Of a stretch of 64,000 bases of DNA, positions 47,101 to 61,200 are shown one piece after another (the stretch's first letter is position 1; every line of letters begins with the position of its first letter). A program made the translations under genes and the position numbers. Source of the DNA: Lama glama. Its lineage: Eukaryota. The stretch spans positions 6,512,001 through 6,576,000 of the forward strand of contig CM052832.1 in assembly GCA_028534125.1 (NCBI GenBank). Direction: 5' to 3'. A model generated the notes under the pieces. That model was given only the letters and a program-made list of their open reading frames with translations. It did no database searches and was not told where the DNA came from.

Positions 47101-50100
47101 AAAGATGCTGTTTACTAACATGCTTTTAAACTTAATGTAAATATTTTCTCTGTTTCTTTTAGATGTTTGTGGCTAATACTGGGTCTGGTTTTGCTCACTT
47201 TCCACGCTTACATTTTTTGATGTACATTTTTCTTTTTAAGGTTACGTTTTGGACACTTGGGTTTGTCCTCTCTCATCCCAGTATCCACAGGACCATTATG
47301 GAAGGCATATCATCTGTGTTTGGCACAGCAGGTACTAAAATCGAATTAAAATGCATAATTGAAGAGACATCTAATAATGTGTGCTTGTCACACATTGTGG
47401 GCAAAGTTAAATGCCCGTAATTTTACAGAGTTTCAAAATAGTCCAAATTGAACATAATTTGTTATGTGTTTCAGGATGTAAACTGATCAGGTAGAATCCT
47501 AGAATTTAATCACTGTTGAGGATTTTGGATGTCATCTAGTCCAACTCCCTTATTTTCCAAATGGTGAAATAGATCATGATTTGCCCAACTTCCTTACTTA
47601 AACATAAATATATAATTCACAGGGTATTTCTTCTAATCTCTCGACCCCTCACCTCAATTGAGCTACAAGACCATAGTTTTGGAATTCAGGATTTTCCAGA
47701 TTTTATAAAAGTAACATGGTGCACATTCTATATATTTCTTAACAGTACTAATAGGGTGTATGGCTGTGAGGTAAGGTTATACCACCAAAGGGATTATTTT
47801 AAAAGTTACAGTTGTTAGAGGTTTTGGGGGTTGAAACTGCAAGTACAGATTGCTATCTTGCCCTTTTTGGTTCAGATTTGGGCTCTTAAATTGTCATCTG
47901 TTTCAAAAAACAGAAATAAGCTTGAATGGGGAGGGTTCCACTACTTGTTTATTCAGCATAATTTGACCTGTTTGGGGGTAGATGTAAAGAAAACTGTAAA
48001 ATGTCAAAGTATGTCTTCTGAAATAGAAAACAATAAATAACTTGGTTTTGTTGGAAGAATACAATATAATGGGAACACAAAATGTATGATGCCAATTAAC
48101 AGTTATCCCTTCTCCCCTTCATGATTGAAGAAAATAGTTTATTTGGATTTTTTGATTTGATTATTCCTGCTTCTTATCGAGTTAAACCGACATTCAAATT
48201 GGCATGACCAACATGAATATTGAAACCATGAGTGTGAATCAGTAGATGCTAGACTGTATTTCTTAGAAACAGTGAACATGAGAACCATCGAGCACTGACG
48301 ATGCTAGCCGGTTAGATTCTGGAGATACATTGGTGGTTGAAAGAGACGATGACCTGCCTTTGTGGGGCTTACGTCTCCAAAGCTCATGGAAATGTGCATG
48401 CCTGCATGCCTGCACGTGACAAAGGGAACGCGTCCTCGATCGTCACACACTCACCTTTATCTTACTAGAAATAAAAAGGTAGGGACAGGGCTGTCTGGAA
48501 TAATGCAGGGAGCCTATTTGGCCCAAAGGCCACAACAAAAGTGTTACATTAATTGAAATTTCTACTGTGCTTGAATCGTGAGCTACTGAACACAGTTCTG
48601 ATGGAGAAAGACAATGCGTTTTCTCTTTTTCTGTGTTCTTGTTTTTTTTTGAAACCTGTTATTCTCCTCTGACAGAAAACATGTTGAGCAGTGGTGCCAG
48701 TGTGCCAGCTATGCTCTCAGTGCTTTCAGTTTATGAGACTTGTAGAACTGAAATCAGTTTAGAATATATCAAACTGTTTTTGCCATGCTTATACAGAAGC
48801 AGTTCAGATCAATTCATGCAAAAGATGCATCAGCTCGAGAAATGAGATGTTCTGAGAGGATGCTCTTTGGAGGCTGATACCGAGGAAGATACCCATGTTC
48901 CCATAAAAAAGATGCTGTCAGAGAAAGAACAGTGAAGTGCATGACATAAGAATCTGACTCAGGACGGCTGTTCTCCCTTTCTTATGCTCTTTTCCATCAC
49001 AAAGTTACCTTTTCCTTCTTTGGAGATGTCCTCTGTGAATTTCCAACTCCGCATCTCTCTCGCCTCAACACTTGCCACTAGAGGCCATCCCAGGCACTTT
49101 ACCCAACTTTCCTGTAAAATGGGTCTTAGGGTAAAAGCTGCTACTGAATATTTGGTCCTTTGTGTCTGACTTCTTTCACTTAGCATAATGCTATATTTAT
49201 ATGATGATGTTTTACATTAATGGATTTTCAAGTATTGAACCACCCTTGCATTCCTGGGATACGTCTTTAGTCATGGTATATAATTCATATAAAACATAAG
49301 ATTTTTACATATATTGCTGGATTCAATCTGTTAGTACTTTGTTGAAGAATTTTGCATCTATATTAATAATTTATACTGATCTATAGTTTTCTTTCTTATG
49401 AGAAAACTGGTTTTGGTATTAGAGCAATTCTGGCTTTATAGAATGCCTTCCGAAGTATTCCCTCCTCTTCTGTTTTTTTGGAAGAGTTTGTGAAGAATTA
49501 ATGTTAATTCTTCTGCAACCACATGGTAGAATTCACCCAGTGAAGTGATCTGGTCCAGAAATTTTCTTTTGGAAAAGTTTTTTTGATTTGTTTCATTTCT
49601 CCACTTGTTAAAGGTCTCTCCAGATTATGTATTTCTTCTTTTTAAAATTTGAGCTATAGCTGACATATAACATTGTATTACAAAATTTTCATTGGATAAG
49701 AGTCAGAAATTTGATTCATGATTTTCAATCCTTTCACTCACTAATTATGTGACTTTGGATAAAAGAGAAAATTTACTCAGAGCCGACCAATTGTGTTCTG
49801 ATTTAGCAGCAGTTCCAACTGGGGACATACCAACACTGTCAAGTGACCAGATGCTACCCTACATGGTGACACTGACTCAGTGGCTGCACTCGCCATGCAC
49901 TGATCTCTGCTCGTAATTATAAACAAGCATGAAAAGTAGCAGAATGATAAATGAGGCCCAGATCCTATGGCAGTGTTCTTGGCAAATTCCATGTTGTTTG
50001 CATTATTTTAATCGGTTCATCAGTGTTACTTCATTGCGTTTCAACATTTTCACTTATTCTTGAAATCTTCTGTGTGGTCACCTCTTACCCATATTACAAC

Positions 50101-53100
50101 ACATATGCAACTTTTATCCACTTGGATGTGTCCCAGTACCATCTTGCTAACCCGTAACAACATTCTTGGAAGACTCCATCACGGCACATCAGAAGCCTGA
50201 GTCCCTCCAGCTAACTGGAGTCACTCACTCTCGTTACCCCTCCGCAGCCTGCCAGGGCTCCATGGCTGATAGCCAGAGTTGTGTCTGTGATAGATTTTTG
50301 GCCCTTATGCTGCACATCGACCAGAATATTGAGGAAAGAGATCAAGTAGCAGAGCCAACGCCACTCCCATGGAGCTATGAGTGCAGGAAAGTTACTTTAT
50401 TTAAAAAAATTCTCTCCACTCCCACTGTCAGCTTAACAATATGAACCTAATGTCGAGATTTTGGAGGCAATAGCGTATCATACAGGAAATGTGTTACATA
50501 GCCTCTTTTTCCCTTTGCCAGCCCAGCTTTTGAAAATCCTAGAATGGACCAGAAAACGTTAAATTATGCCAGAGCTTTTCACAAATTTACTTCTTATTCA
50601 TCGACCTTGAAGAACACATGTAGATTACCTAAGAAAGTATTTATAAATGCAGGAGGTTTTATTCAAAATCCCCTCCAAATAGACAGTTTTGTTGTCTTCT
50701 TTCCCCCTTGGCCTTAAAGACCAAGATGGCGTCATTTTGAAGCCCGCAACTTGCTGCTTCCCAAGCTGCTAATCCAGGCACAAAGACCAAGGTGAAACTT
50801 GCATGTGTGACATCTGGCCCGTGAGGGATTTCCCAGGAGGCTGCATTTCCTCCACCGTCTTCTGCCCCTGTTACCTGGAGTGTGTCTTGTGACACTGTTC
50901 AAGTCAGGAGATGTGGTGCGAGGTCCTGCTCTCCTCATGCGCTGCCTGGCCTCGGCAGGTGGGGAGGGACGCCTCCGAGGGCTGCAGGTTATTTACGAGC
51001 TTGGGGGCAGGCCCTGCTCTGGCACTTCTCATGTTACTGAGCCTTACACTGTCTCACCCCAGAGTAGCACTGCTAATCTGCTTTATTTATTCTCTGCATT
51101 CTTCATTTGGACACAGTTCTTTTTTCAGAGTGTTCTGCTGGAGAATTATTCAGGCATTTAGATAATTTTTTTGCCCTCTTTAGAAAACACTGAGATAAAG
51201 GTATTCAAGCCGGGTCAGCATCTCTCCAGAGAACACAGTCTAAAAATTGAGCATCGCTCTGCAGAGTTTATAACGAAAATTTTAGATCAAAATTGACTTT
51301 TACCTTTTAATATCTACCCAGTGTTGTCTTGTCTCTTCAATGTCACTACCTTTTATTTATTATGTCCTTTATTCCTTGAAAAAAGCATAGCTGTGAATAG
51401 GCTTCATTTTATATTCCAGTAAATATAGGAATTGATAACCTCTGTTTAATACATGAAAGAAATATTTCTGCAAATAACATAAGGTATTTATTTTTCAGAA
51501 GAGAATCTTATTTGGTTGACTTGGTGTAGTGGCATTAAACTTTTCTTTAAGTGACAGAGTGAGATTTGGTATATTTTTACATGTGCGTGTACAGATGGAA
51601 GAAAGGGTGGGGAGGGTCAGTCTTCCGACTCTTGACTCCTTATCTCCCCTCTGTCTTAATAACCTGCTCTGAGCACTGCTGCAGTCCTTGGTATCTTTCT
51701 CAATTCATCGTTATCACTGCCTCTTTCATTCTTGGTCTGTAGTTGTGAACATCAGACTGAAGCCGCTGAGCAGAGTCTACCTCCAAACGGTTATTGCTTA
51801 GAATTTTTCAATAGGTGTCAAGCAGAGCACCATGCGCTGGTTGCCAAATACCGGGGGAGGACTCCAAACACTCCTGCCCACTACGTCTCGGAATGGAATC
51901 GGAGTTGCCAAGGGACGCACAGCGCCATCCAGCGCGGGATGGAGCAGTGCTATTTTCACATAGAGAAGAAACAGAGCAAGACCTGTGGCCCCTGCGCACC
52001 CCTCTCATCCCGCAGGGGAAGGAACCCTGTCCTTCCCTTGGAGGACAGCTGTCACAGTGCGGTGGGACAGGTGCTATATTCTGCACACACTTTAAGCTGA
52101 GACAAGAGTACTCACGGCCCCCAAAACAAGGAAAGAGGTTCCCACACTAGGTGACAGGCCTGGCACAGGCTGGGCTCTTCGTCTCTTGGCGAGGACGTGT
52201 CCCGGGCCCAGGGCCCCTCTTATGCAGCGAAGTTGGGGCTGAAAGGCTCTGAGCATGAGACTGGCTCTCCTAACAATAGGACTATGTGTCTTTGATAATA
52301 AAAACGTATCCTAAAGCCTTCAGGTGCCAAAAAGTCATCGCCAACCGTGGGAAAGTCAGAAGAACCGGAGCTGCAGGTCCAGAGTTGGCTGAGGTGTTTG
52401 GAAGAAGCTGGTGGCTAGAGGGGAGAGCTGAAGGAGGTGAGGCTTGCCGGCCTCCGGCTACAATCCCTCAAGCCCTGATGCCCACGTTCACCGCCCCCGG
52501 GCACGCTCCAGGCTTAGTCTCTGCTTTCCCCAGTCTGCATCCACCACCACCACCTTAAGCTGCTGTTAAGCCTGCCTTCCCACTTGACATGCATCTTTCC
52601 TATTCCTTTAACTGGTGTTTCTCTTACACAAAGACATTGGTTTGGGGCAGGACCTAGTTGGATGAAGCTATATCATTTTTTAAAATATACATTTTTTTAA
52701 ACTATCACAAAAAGTCGAAAAAATCTATGAAACAAGAGCTGCTTCTTTGAAAAGATAAACAAATTGATAAATTTTTAGCCAGATCATCCAGATAAGAAAG
52801 AGAGGGCCCGAATAAATAAAATCAGAAGTGGAAGAGGAATCACAACTGACACCACAGAAATACAAAGGACCATAAGAGATTACTGCAAACAAATATGTGT
52901 TGACAAACTGGACAACCTGGAAGAAATGGATAAATTCCCAGAATCAGGAATCAGTAAGTAATGGGCCCATTATGACTGCTCTGGCTGGTCCAAAGGAGAC
53001 CCTCCCTCAGCCTGAAGAGCCCGAGTTTGTAGAGGTGAGGAGGTGGCTCCGTGCTCGTCGTGAGGCACTTCCTGGGTCCTGCCCTTCTCTCCTTCATATG

Positions 53101-55196
53101 GTCTTAGACCACAAATTCTCCAAGAATTAATGTTTATCCTTGAGATACAGGTGTGTCTCTGTTGCACGCATGTGATTTTAAAAAGAAATATTTGGGAGCG
53201 AACATAGAATTCTTTCTTTTTGAAATCGAATTTTTGAAGGGTCTTTCAGAATAATAAGCTTACAGCTGCTGGATATGGCGGTGCAAGCTTTGTGTTTTGA
53301 AAAAACGTGGGACTATCTTATCTTCTGCATGAGTGTTTTCACCTCTGGAACTTCCCTGGGTGGACCTCCTTCGACGGACCTTTACTTCACCTGCGAGAGG
53401 TTTCTGTGAGATACCTGAATGAGGCGGCAGGACTTCACCTCCAAGGATCCACTGGACTCTTTCTGTAATTAACTCGTTATCTTTTTCTTCTCTCTCTCTC
53501 CCTCTCTGCCTTTGGTATTGGGAAAAATAATATTTACTCCCTGGGGACAGTTCAGTCCCAGACATTATTGGCCACATGAAGGGAAAGTTGGGTCTTCTGG
53601 TGCAGGATAATTGATGATCGTAATTTGCCCCTTGCTTAATGAACTTCGCTGTGCAGCCTTGCAGCTCACTGACTCCTGTCTCAGTCATCTCTCTCTGTCC
53701 CCGTGACTCTTTGTTTCTCTCTACTGGTTTACTTACCCCTGTTCTAGGCAGTTTCTCCCGCTGTGTCTTAGTCCTCAGGTATAGAAAGAAATACATGTTT
53801 GGAGGAGGGGAAAGGTCACTGGGGTCTCTACCCAAAGTTTAAAGTTAATTTTCCTTTCCTATAACCAAAGGTCAGTTTCACAGTATTTCTTTTTACATTT
53901 AAAAGAATAACTGCAGGAAGGGGTTCACTGCCATCCCCACGTGGGAGACAAGTCACCAAACAAATCTGCCTATCAGTAAAAATTTCCAGCAATCTGTAAT
54001 TAGCACATTCTCATTGCCTGTAAGTGACTGACAGAGGGTCACTGAAGACGTAAAACCTACTATGAAGGATCTTACCTACTTCGGGACATTTCATTCAGTC
54101 TTATTCTTTCTGAGATGAGCTAACCTTTTCCAGTGACCGTAGGTGTCTTCTGAGAAGAAAACAGCAGTTTTGTGAATGTATGAAAATATTCCTGGAATAA
54201 AGTAGCGCTATAATTTAAAAAAAGTTGAAGATTTCTTATCATACTGAAACTTTTTAAATTCCTGAAATGAAGGAAAAGGAGGTAAGGTACTACTTTTATA
54301 TTCCTCTGGAATGCTGTAAAATCTTTTCTTGCTCTTTCTCTTTAGCTTTGTCTCTGTTTTCTAAAAACTGATTTTTTTTTTCAGGAGCTTCTCTTGAGGT
54401 CTCCGGTTGAGACAATGTACCAGGAACCTAGTTTCCTACCCTTGTTCTCTGACAGCGAGCAATGCCATTGTTTCATCTCCTTTTAGCAGAAGTCACAGAA
54501 ATGCTGGATTTTTTTCAAAGCTATTACACAATTTCCCCCAAATAACTAAACACCAACTTTTATTATTTGATAATGCTCTTTAGAGAAATTGTTATAAAAT
54601 TTGGGAAGCAAATTTCATGACCAAATTTTGGTAGGAATCAGCATTAAGGTTATTACATCATAGTCTTTATCTTTTCAGCCTTTATCTCATGCATTTTTTT
54701 TACGCCAGTTCCCACTCCTCCACATATACTATGACCTTTTGCACACACCTTTATTTTAAACATTCTAAACAAGCTCTCTACAAATATGAGAAGACAGCCT
54801 CTGTGAAGGAAAACGCCCTTACAGCACAGAACAGCACACAGAACTGGGAATCCACGCTTTCCAAAGTAAAGAGAGAGGCGGGGGGATGTGTAGAGGCGCC
54901 CACTCTAAATTTCAGTGGCGTTTACCGTTCACTTCTCGTCATCTCTCTGTGTGTCCCTTAGTGGATAGATACCCGTCTTTCATTTGTGGGGAAGTATTCA
55001 CCCCCACCTTCTGATTCAGCCTCCTCAGAACTGTCTCAAATACAAGTGTATACTCAGCAAATGCCTCCCATTCTTTTTTTTTTTTTTTGGTCAAAACATG
55101 GGTTATTTTTCCAAAATTGTTAAATCTGAATGTAATATTATTCCAGGACTATAGGAACCAAATTTTTATATTTTGTATTTTGTGTGTTTATTTATT

Positions 55197-55244
<48 letters not shown>

Positions 55245-58200
55245 GTAACGGGGCGGGAGCTTGAAATACAAAGGAGCTGGAGAACCTGTCTCTCAAAGAA
55301 GGACCTACTTTAGTGAATCTACTTGAGTCATGTTCTTTTTTTTTTTAAGCCCAATAAGTCATATTTTTCCGGTTAATTTTGGAATTTACTTTTTTGTTCT
55401 GCCTGGGTGAGTGCTACTCACCCTTCCAGGCTTGGCTGAAACTCCAGCCCTTGGCAAGAGGGGATGAACACCACTGACACTCGAGTCCTCTCTTCTGAAG
55501 CCTTTGTTACAGTTATTTATATCCTGATATTATTTTGTGTCCAAGCTCCTCGAAGACAATGACTATGTCTTTCTCACTGGTTTCTCCTGTTCGGGGAGGC
55601 AGTGGGACACTGTGAGCGAGGGTGAGGGCTTGCAGTGCGGACAGACACAGGTCTGAAGCCTGCTCTGCACTTTCGAGCTTCTCCTTGGACCCGTGATGGC
55701 TTGATAGCTGGAAGATGGTAAGAGGAATCAATGAAGTGGTCCACAGTGTTTATGACATAAAATGGTCAATAAACTAGTATTACTCTCGTCCTCTCTCTTA
55801 CAGCACCCATCCTTGGGCTAGCATGTAACAGATGTGAGGCAGATTTATATGGAGTGAATAAATGGCTGAAGGAATAGAACTTTAATCTATTATACGTCCT
55901 TAACAGATACAATTTATAGTTTCTGTGTCCCAACATGCTTGTCATCGTGTCCGTGGAATCCCAAAACTATATATAATATTTTAGAAACATTCTTTGCTAT
56001 TTCTGAATTCAAGAATCATTCTTTCTCTTTTATTTGGTTTCAGATGGTCTATGACTTGATTTGACTTTTATTTGCATTTATGCCAAGAGTTAAACAAACA
56101 GATGCTTTCTGCATTCTACCCTGGATCACCCACCGTTTCCTCCCTGGCTGTCTTCTGTACTGGTCCCAGCTTCCACTAGGCCCTGGCCCTTGTGATGGTT
56201 ATGTTGGCCTTCTTCCAAGTGGAGGCTTCTAATTTTGGAGTCAAAACACTGGAAGAACAAACCACAGATGTGCATTGAAATATGCACAGTATGGGTACAG
56301 AGCCATTTCTAAGAGTTATAATAAGAAAAGGTCTTTAACCTAAAGATGTTGTTTGAAAACAACATAGTTCCCTTATGTTTTCTTTGTCTAGTCTGAGAAC
56401 ACCACCTTATTTTTCCTACATCACACTGGGATTTGAAAAAACAAAAAATATTTTATCAAAACTTTTATTTTCCAAGTGTAGTCCACATCTCTCCTACATT
56501 TATAGGTCATAATAGATTCTAAATATTATTTTCAACTCAAAACAAGCTTTTGTTTCTGTATTATATAATGCAGACTGTTTCTTGCACTTTCTAATTCAAT
56601 TAGCCTAATAAGGATACTTAATAAAAAACCTTTCTCCAAAAGAAGATCAGAAACTTCACCATCACTAGAGCCTAGACTTTTATCAAGGCCAAAATTATGT
56701 CTGTCCCATAACAGTTGGTCACTTTGGAGTCACACAAATCTGATTTCAAGCAGAAATTCTGACCGTTGGTAGTCATTTATTCTTGAGCAAGTAGGGAAAT
56801 ATGTATTTTCTGTGTCCTATAGCTGCAGTAAAGTTAAAAAAAAAAAGTAAGTACAGGGCTTGTTTGATAAATTTGTCTAATGTAGATGCTCTAAATAGAT
56901 ATTTAAGGGGAGAAAACACTTTTTAAAGTAAGATTTAAAATCTAAATTGTAGGTTACTGCTACTTTATAATGTCCATTTGGCAAGGAAGCTAGGGCCACC
57001 TTGGTTTCCAAGCTAACGTTGAAACTGGTCTGAACCCCCTCCCAGGGTTCTAAGGATCCTTGCGGGGAGAAGCGGCTGGGGCGGCCCGGAGCGGAGGCCT
57101 GGGCCTTCCTCCTGCCTTCGGCCTCGCATTTCCTGGCTTCTCCACTTCTGCTCTCTTTTCCCTTCTGCACGTTCTGACTCCTTTCCCTGTTGTATTGCCT
57201 CCTCGACATCACCAAGACTTTATTTCCCAAGTGTTAACTTAAGGACGCGCATTAGCCGACTTTATTAAAATATTAAAAATACGGGACAAGGAAAGGGGAA
57301 ATTACACAGTAGCCAGAAATAACTTGAAATTGAGTACTATGACATAAAGGTGAGTTTTCTGCTCTTAAAAGTTCCACCTGCCATTTTGCCCACGAAGAGT
57401 TTTATTTCATCTTCTAGGTTGTCGGTTACCTGCCCCACAGTGGGGTCCCCTCTCCTCTGGCAGCCCTCCAGCCCCGCCTTACTTACCTGGAGACCCCAGC
57501 AGCCCCGCCTCCCTCTGGCTTCCTCTGCAGAGCCACTGGCTCTCCCCTCCCCTTCGTCACCACAGCCATTCAAGGTGGCCCCCACAGGGCTTCATCTTCT
57601 AATATATGCCACTAGGCAGTGGTCTTCTTTCTAATTTCTTTTCTTTTCTTTTTCTTTTTTATTAACCCAAGTACAGTCTAAAAGAATTTCAGATCCCCTC
57701 GTACATTGTAAAAGCAATGTCCTAAAGTTTGTTATCCTGTGTTTCAATACCGTCCCTGCTTTCAGCTATCAGAGAGTATTTCACATCTCACAGAATGGTT
57801 TCCTTGCCTGCACGGTGTGCCAGTTAGCTGTGTGCTGGTCCCCGACCTCCTAGGCTATATTGCAAGGACGCCGTCATTGTTGTAACCCTGGTGGAGCTGG
57901 ACTCGACTCCAGGCTCTCACTTGCTGCTCAACAATCTGTCAAGTTAAATGGAGTGTGTGGACGCCCCTGTGGGGCTTAATAGAACCAGAGCTCAAAAACC
58001 CTGGTTCCCAGACTCCACTAACCAAAAGCATTTGCTCTGACTCCTCAGGAATTCCGCACGTATTGACAGCGAAGGTTTCCCAGGCAGCACTCACCCAGCC
58101 CTCTCCTGCGGGACGGGCTGCGCTTAGAACGAGCCTCACCCAGCGCGACGAGAAACGAGGCAGGGGACCCACATTCCACTCTTAACCTCCTCGTTCCCAG

Positions 58201-61200
58201 TGCAGTTGGGAAGCAAATGTGAAAGCTGGTTTCATTAAACTGACAATGCTGTTGACTTTTATTAAGCAAAAACTGTCGAAAGCAAATTGAAAGCTGAGTT
58301 GTTTTAAGTCATTTTCAAAATGTAAACATTTTACTTGAAATATCATCAGTTAAACTGTCTAATTTGACCCTAGGCCCTGACCATACTTTGGTCCATAAAA
58401 AGATCAGCCACATTGCTTCTTCAAGGGCCTTCAATCTAAATATTAGCCAAAGTATGCAGCTTGCAGTAGAGACATTTAATGCACTCGTGTTGAGAGAGTG
58501 CATCACTCTCTGTGAAATACACGGGTCCCACCCCCACTTCCCTAATACTCTTTTTGGGCCTTCTGAAATGTATGGTTAAAAATCAAAAGCAAAAACAAAA
58601 ACAAATCAGCAGGGAAGAGATAGAAGAAGGAAGTCAGGTGGCTTCTCAGATCTTTTACTTTGTATTTTGATGCCAGTCTATTTTTTTTTTTTTTTTTTGC
58701 TCTTTCCTTAAGTGGAATGAGAATGTTACCAAGAAAGAATGAGTGAAAACCAAACACCTTTCTGACAGGGACTACCTCGGCTGTTTGATAGCCACAGGAC
58801 TGTGAGAACCAAGGTTGGATGCCAATCCATCACGTTACAGTCATCAACACTGGTTTAGATTTTTATGCCATACATTGCATCTTGGTATGGAGAACATGAT
58901 AAAAAAAGAGGCAATAAATGACTAAACTCACTATGCAAACGTAACAGTAATAGTAACACTTGATGCCAGAGGCAGTATTTAACCAATATTGATGAACTTA
59001 CATAAAATCACTTCCTGGACTCCTTAAGTCCATCTCTTTTTTTTAATTATTATTCTCTTTGCAGGTAAAGAAAAGATTGAAGTGTCTGAGGATGACTTGA
59101 AGAAACTCCCTCTAATTAAATGGTGCATTTTGGAAACCATTCGTTTAAGAGCCCCTGGTGTCATTACTAGAAAAGTGACGAAGCCCATTGAAATTTTGGT
59201 GAGCTTGGTTTTGTCTTAAAATAATGAACTTTGTAGAAAAAAAAATAGTAGATATGTTGCCTACTTATTGTTAGATGGTTTCTTAAGTTCCATTAAGAAC
59301 TAAGTGACCCTGGTACAGGTTACTAATAAGAGTTGTGCAGCAACATTTTGCTAATATAAATATTTACCTGTTGGCAATGATTTTAGCTAAAACATAACTG
59401 TTTCAAGAACTTTTTGGCTATGTGATTCTTTATCAGAATTACTATAATCCTGTGTCCATTGAGCAGGTGGGTTGGGTAGCCTGTTCTCTGCTGAACCAGC
59501 CAGGGAATATTCCTGAGCTGGAACAGCTTGAGGAGTTGAGGGTGTGAGGGAAATCCTTTAGGATAACTGGAAGGCAGTTTCAGGCCACAGATCACAGATG
59601 CAGGAACAGACAGCAGGAATGCCATGGATAATAGTGACCGACATTAGTAATTAGCACCTGAGCTAAGGGATCGAGGTTCTTTCCATGGGCAAAGTAGGAG
59701 AATGTTCACACGTGCACCATGAAAGGTGTGTGCACATAGCAGACACCCAGTTCAATATTTGGTGAATCAATCAGGCAGAACAAATATTTTTTTTCTTTAG
59801 AATGATTGACTTGGGGCCTGAATTATCCAGATAGACTGTATTTAGTCAGCCCTCCACTCTTGTTAGCCTTGTTGTTGTTGTTGTTAGCTTTTTTAATATA
59901 CACCTTGAAAACACTTGGATTTAAATCAAGAAAATTTTGTAGTAGTGGAACGCAAAAGAGGCAAAAAAAAAATCCAAATTTTATACAAGTTGCAACTTGC
60001 TAAACCCAAAGGAAACATGGTTTATTGGATTGATCCTATGTAAATTGTAGCGTTCAGTTTCTGTGGGATTTTTACAGTTTTTGCTTTTAAATAATCAAAT
60101 TATTAATTACTTTAAACTATGAGTATAAAAGAGTATAAATATATGTATTCTATATTGAGAGGAAATAGACAACTTGGGGCAGTTAAGTAGAGCAATGCGT
60201 TTATTACTCTGAATTTTTCTATATTTGTCATTGAACTTTATTAAGCTTTATGTATATTCTGGCTAGTAAATTAATTAGCTGAATGGCAGAATAGTTATTT
60301 GTCTGACAAATAAGTGGGTCTTTTGATTGCTATTTTAAACATACAGGTCCTATACAAGTTTTGTTAGGTTTATACCTATATATTTCAGTTATTTTGGAGT
60401 TCTTGTAAATGGTATTTCTGGAAACATTGATTCTCCATTGTACGTTACTTGTCTGCAGGAATACAGTTGATTTTTGTGTGTTGATCTTGTATCCGAAACT
60501 TTACTAAATCCACTTACTGGTCCTAAGAGTGGTGTTGTAGATTCCTTGGGAGTTTCTGTGTAGACAATATTTTAATTTCTTCCTCTCCTATCTATCTACA
60601 TACCTTTCGTTTCTTTTTACTGCCTTATTGCACTTGGCTCTAACTTACCGCATTATGTTGAATAATGTTGGTGACAGCAGGTATCCTTCCCTTGTTCCTG
60701 ATCTTAAGGGGAAAGCATGTAGTCTTTCCCCATTAAGTATGATGTGAGCTATAGGTTTTTGGAGATGCTCCTTATCAAGTTGAGGAAAGTTCCCTCTATT
60801 TCTAATTTCCTGAGAATTTAAATCATAAATGGATGTTGGCTTTTATCCAGTGCTTTTTCTGCATCAGTTGATATAATCATACGTTTTTTCTTCTTCAACC
60901 TTTTCATGTGGTGGGTTACATTTACTGAGCTTTGAGTGTTGAACCAACCTCTCATACCTGGTATAAATCTCTTTGATGATGGTATATAATTCTTTCTATA
61001 TGCTGTTAGATTAACTTTGCTACTATTTTGTTGATCTGTTATTTAGTAATAGATCCCAAGTCATTTTCTGTGTCAATAAAAGACATCTACAGCATTTTGA
61101 ATTGCAGTGTAATCTAATGTATGGACCTAGAGTGAATCCATATACGTATTCAAGAACAGGGAACTGTTATAAACAGTGCAAAGATGGACATTCCTACAGC

